From the NCBI GenBank assembly GCA_965178125.1, contig OZ237738.1, forward strand, positions 62,001 through 126,000: a stretch of 64,000 bases of DNA, read 5' to 3'. This document shows, piece after piece, positions 62,701 through 64,000 of the stretch. The position numbers and the translations under genes were made by a program. Origin of the DNA: Bilabrum cf. latius. Its lineage: Eukaryota. A model generated the notes under the pieces. The model was not told where the DNA came from, did no database searches, and saw nothing but the letters and a program-made list of their open reading frames with translations. Position 1 is the first letter of the stretch. Each line of letters begins with the position of its first letter.

Positions 62701-63869
62701 TGCTCTCCGAGACGCATGCCGTGCACGCAGCTGCCTTCCCCGGGGGCGCCCCCGTGCGCCTGGCCACCGGTGACGCGCTCGGGCTGGGCGAGGAGGCCAG
62801 GGGCTCGGCTGCCGCGGTGGCTCCCGGGGGGTTGTTCACCGGGTTCCACCGCCGGAGCGCGCCGAAAGGGGCGGCGCACGCGCGGCGCAAGGGGGACATG
62901 GTGCACGGGAGCGCGCCCCTCGGGTGGATGGCTCGGTGGTCGGACGGGTCGGGCGACCCCGACCTGGCGGACAGGGGCGTGGTGGGCCGCGCGTCTGCGC
63001 CCGTGCGCAGCGCGGTGATGGCTGACTCGGCCTTTGCGAGGATCGGAGGGGGGGCGGGGGCCAACGGTGCCGCGCCCCGAGCCGCTGTCGGCGGTGAGGC
63101 GGCAAGCGGGGCCGCTGGGTCTTCGTCTTCTTCTTCCTCCTCGTCGTCGTCGTCGTCGTCTGCTTTTTCGTCCAGGGCGGGCGGACATTCGGTGGGCGGC
63201 GCCGGCGCCGGCGTGCACCCGGACGACACGCAGGTGGTGGATCCAGCGGGGTCTCGAGCGGCGGGGGACGCTCTGGGCTGGGTGCGGGCGGTGGGGCGGC
63301 GGGCGGAGGCTGCGAGCGGGCTGGGGCGGGGGAGCGGGGCGCTGCTTCCGGCCGAGCAGCGGGCGCAGGGGCTGCTGGGCGGGCTGCAGGGGTCGCACAC
63401 GGGCCTCATGAAGCAGCGCGCGGCCTTTGTGTCGTCCACCGGGGGGCCCGTGGGGGTGGTGAGCGGGTCTGCGAGCAGCGGGCAGTCGGCCAGCGGTGCC
63501 TCCGCGAGCAGCGGACAGGGGCTGCCGCTGGGCTCTCTGGCGGCAGCTCACGCGTCCAGCGCTCGCGTGGACGAGACGTACGCCCTGGAGGACTCTGATG
63601 ACGAAAACCTGCTGCTGTCCGCGCACGCCGCCACGGCCGACTGCCGGACGGGCTACGACGGGACGGACGAGACTCCTTCCGCGCCGCTGGGGTCGAGGGA
63701 GAGGTGGGCCGCCAGCATGGTGGAGGGTGGCAGCAAGGGGGTCGGGGCGCTGCAGGCGGCCGACCGCACCGGCTGGCTGAGCACCGCCGGGTTCCACCCC
63801 CAGGCCGGCCGGGACTCGGCGGCTTTCCTCTTCCACCAGCAGTCTCTCGTGGACCAAAAGCTGCTTTGA
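59793..63869 (+). CDS. EPL1: Enhancer of polycomb-like protein (NuA4 subunit), 2 exons (59793-59915, 60030-63869)
   Basis: IRSKPLDFHRRLPVIR, LPIPEV, EYDMDHDDDEFL, YWIGKR..KKPLLRRFWP..DTNPHSVFRPRE..LRRQRRND. Intron 59916-60029. TAGs 60369, 60714, 62436. TGA stop. Confidence 0.88.
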
Positions 63870-64000
63870 AGACAAGATACCAATCATTCGCTGTTGTGAT
63901 TCTGTTTCTTGCTGTTGCCTGGCGGCCCGTACCCACTTGTGCTGTGGCACAGGATGGCATGGCTTGGCCTCATGCGCTCGAAAGAAGCTACTTTAGAAAT

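Noticed and set aside
35-63869. TAG-interrupted genes as pseudogenes or sequencing errors
   Set aside because: Only TAG interrupts frames, never TAA, TGA or indels. Housekeeping genes are affected and downstream motifs are intact.
35-63869. TAGs as ends of tiny introns
   Set aside because: Motifs run colinearly through them with one residue needed. The real introns here are 76-195 nt with GTGAG/GTAA donors.
35-63869. Pyrrolysine, A-to-I editing to Trp, or TAG=Leu/Glu/Tyr
   Set aside because: The diagnostic sites correspond to Gln. Massive U-to-C editing cannot be excluded without RNA but is less parsimonious.
53024-63960. Long antisense and alternate-frame ORFs (e.g. 61482-63950, 55226-56983)
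   Set aside because: These are shadow ORFs expected in very GC-rich coding DNA. They carry no motifs.

Overview
Gene-dense, GC-rich nuclear DNA from a flagellated unicellular eukaryote. It has short GT-AG introns, IFT81, AP-4 beta, enhancer of polycomb and several mitochondrion-targeted proteins. The low-complexity Ala/Gly-rich style recalls heterotrophic stramenopiles such as bicosoecids, but that placement is inference only. The main signal is a non-standard nuclear genetic code. About 90-95 in-frame TAG codons (hand count) interrupt 18 of the 20 well-supported genes. They repeatedly sit where Gln is conserved: an IQ motif, the bulb-lectin QxDxN motif, Top2 YQ, IFT81 PQELLQ and RQQ, adaptin TLQKD and HBDH AQGAD. 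TAA and TGA never occur in frame and end all genes. The reading is UAG=Gln with UAA/UGA as stops. Under this code the fragmented ORF track collapses into about 20 intact genes. One is an intronless ~2,924-aa FG-GAP/IPT/CUB/Cys-rich multi-pass surface protein inside a ~12-kb lower-GC block flanked by ~950-bp direct repeats of the CIA30 gene. Two apparent pseudo-enzymes (FIH-like JmjC, CCR4-like EEP with FN3) and a variant zinc-metalloprotease motif are also present. No tRNA, rRNA, CRISPR or recognisable transposase was seen. All family calls come from recalled motifs, not database searches.
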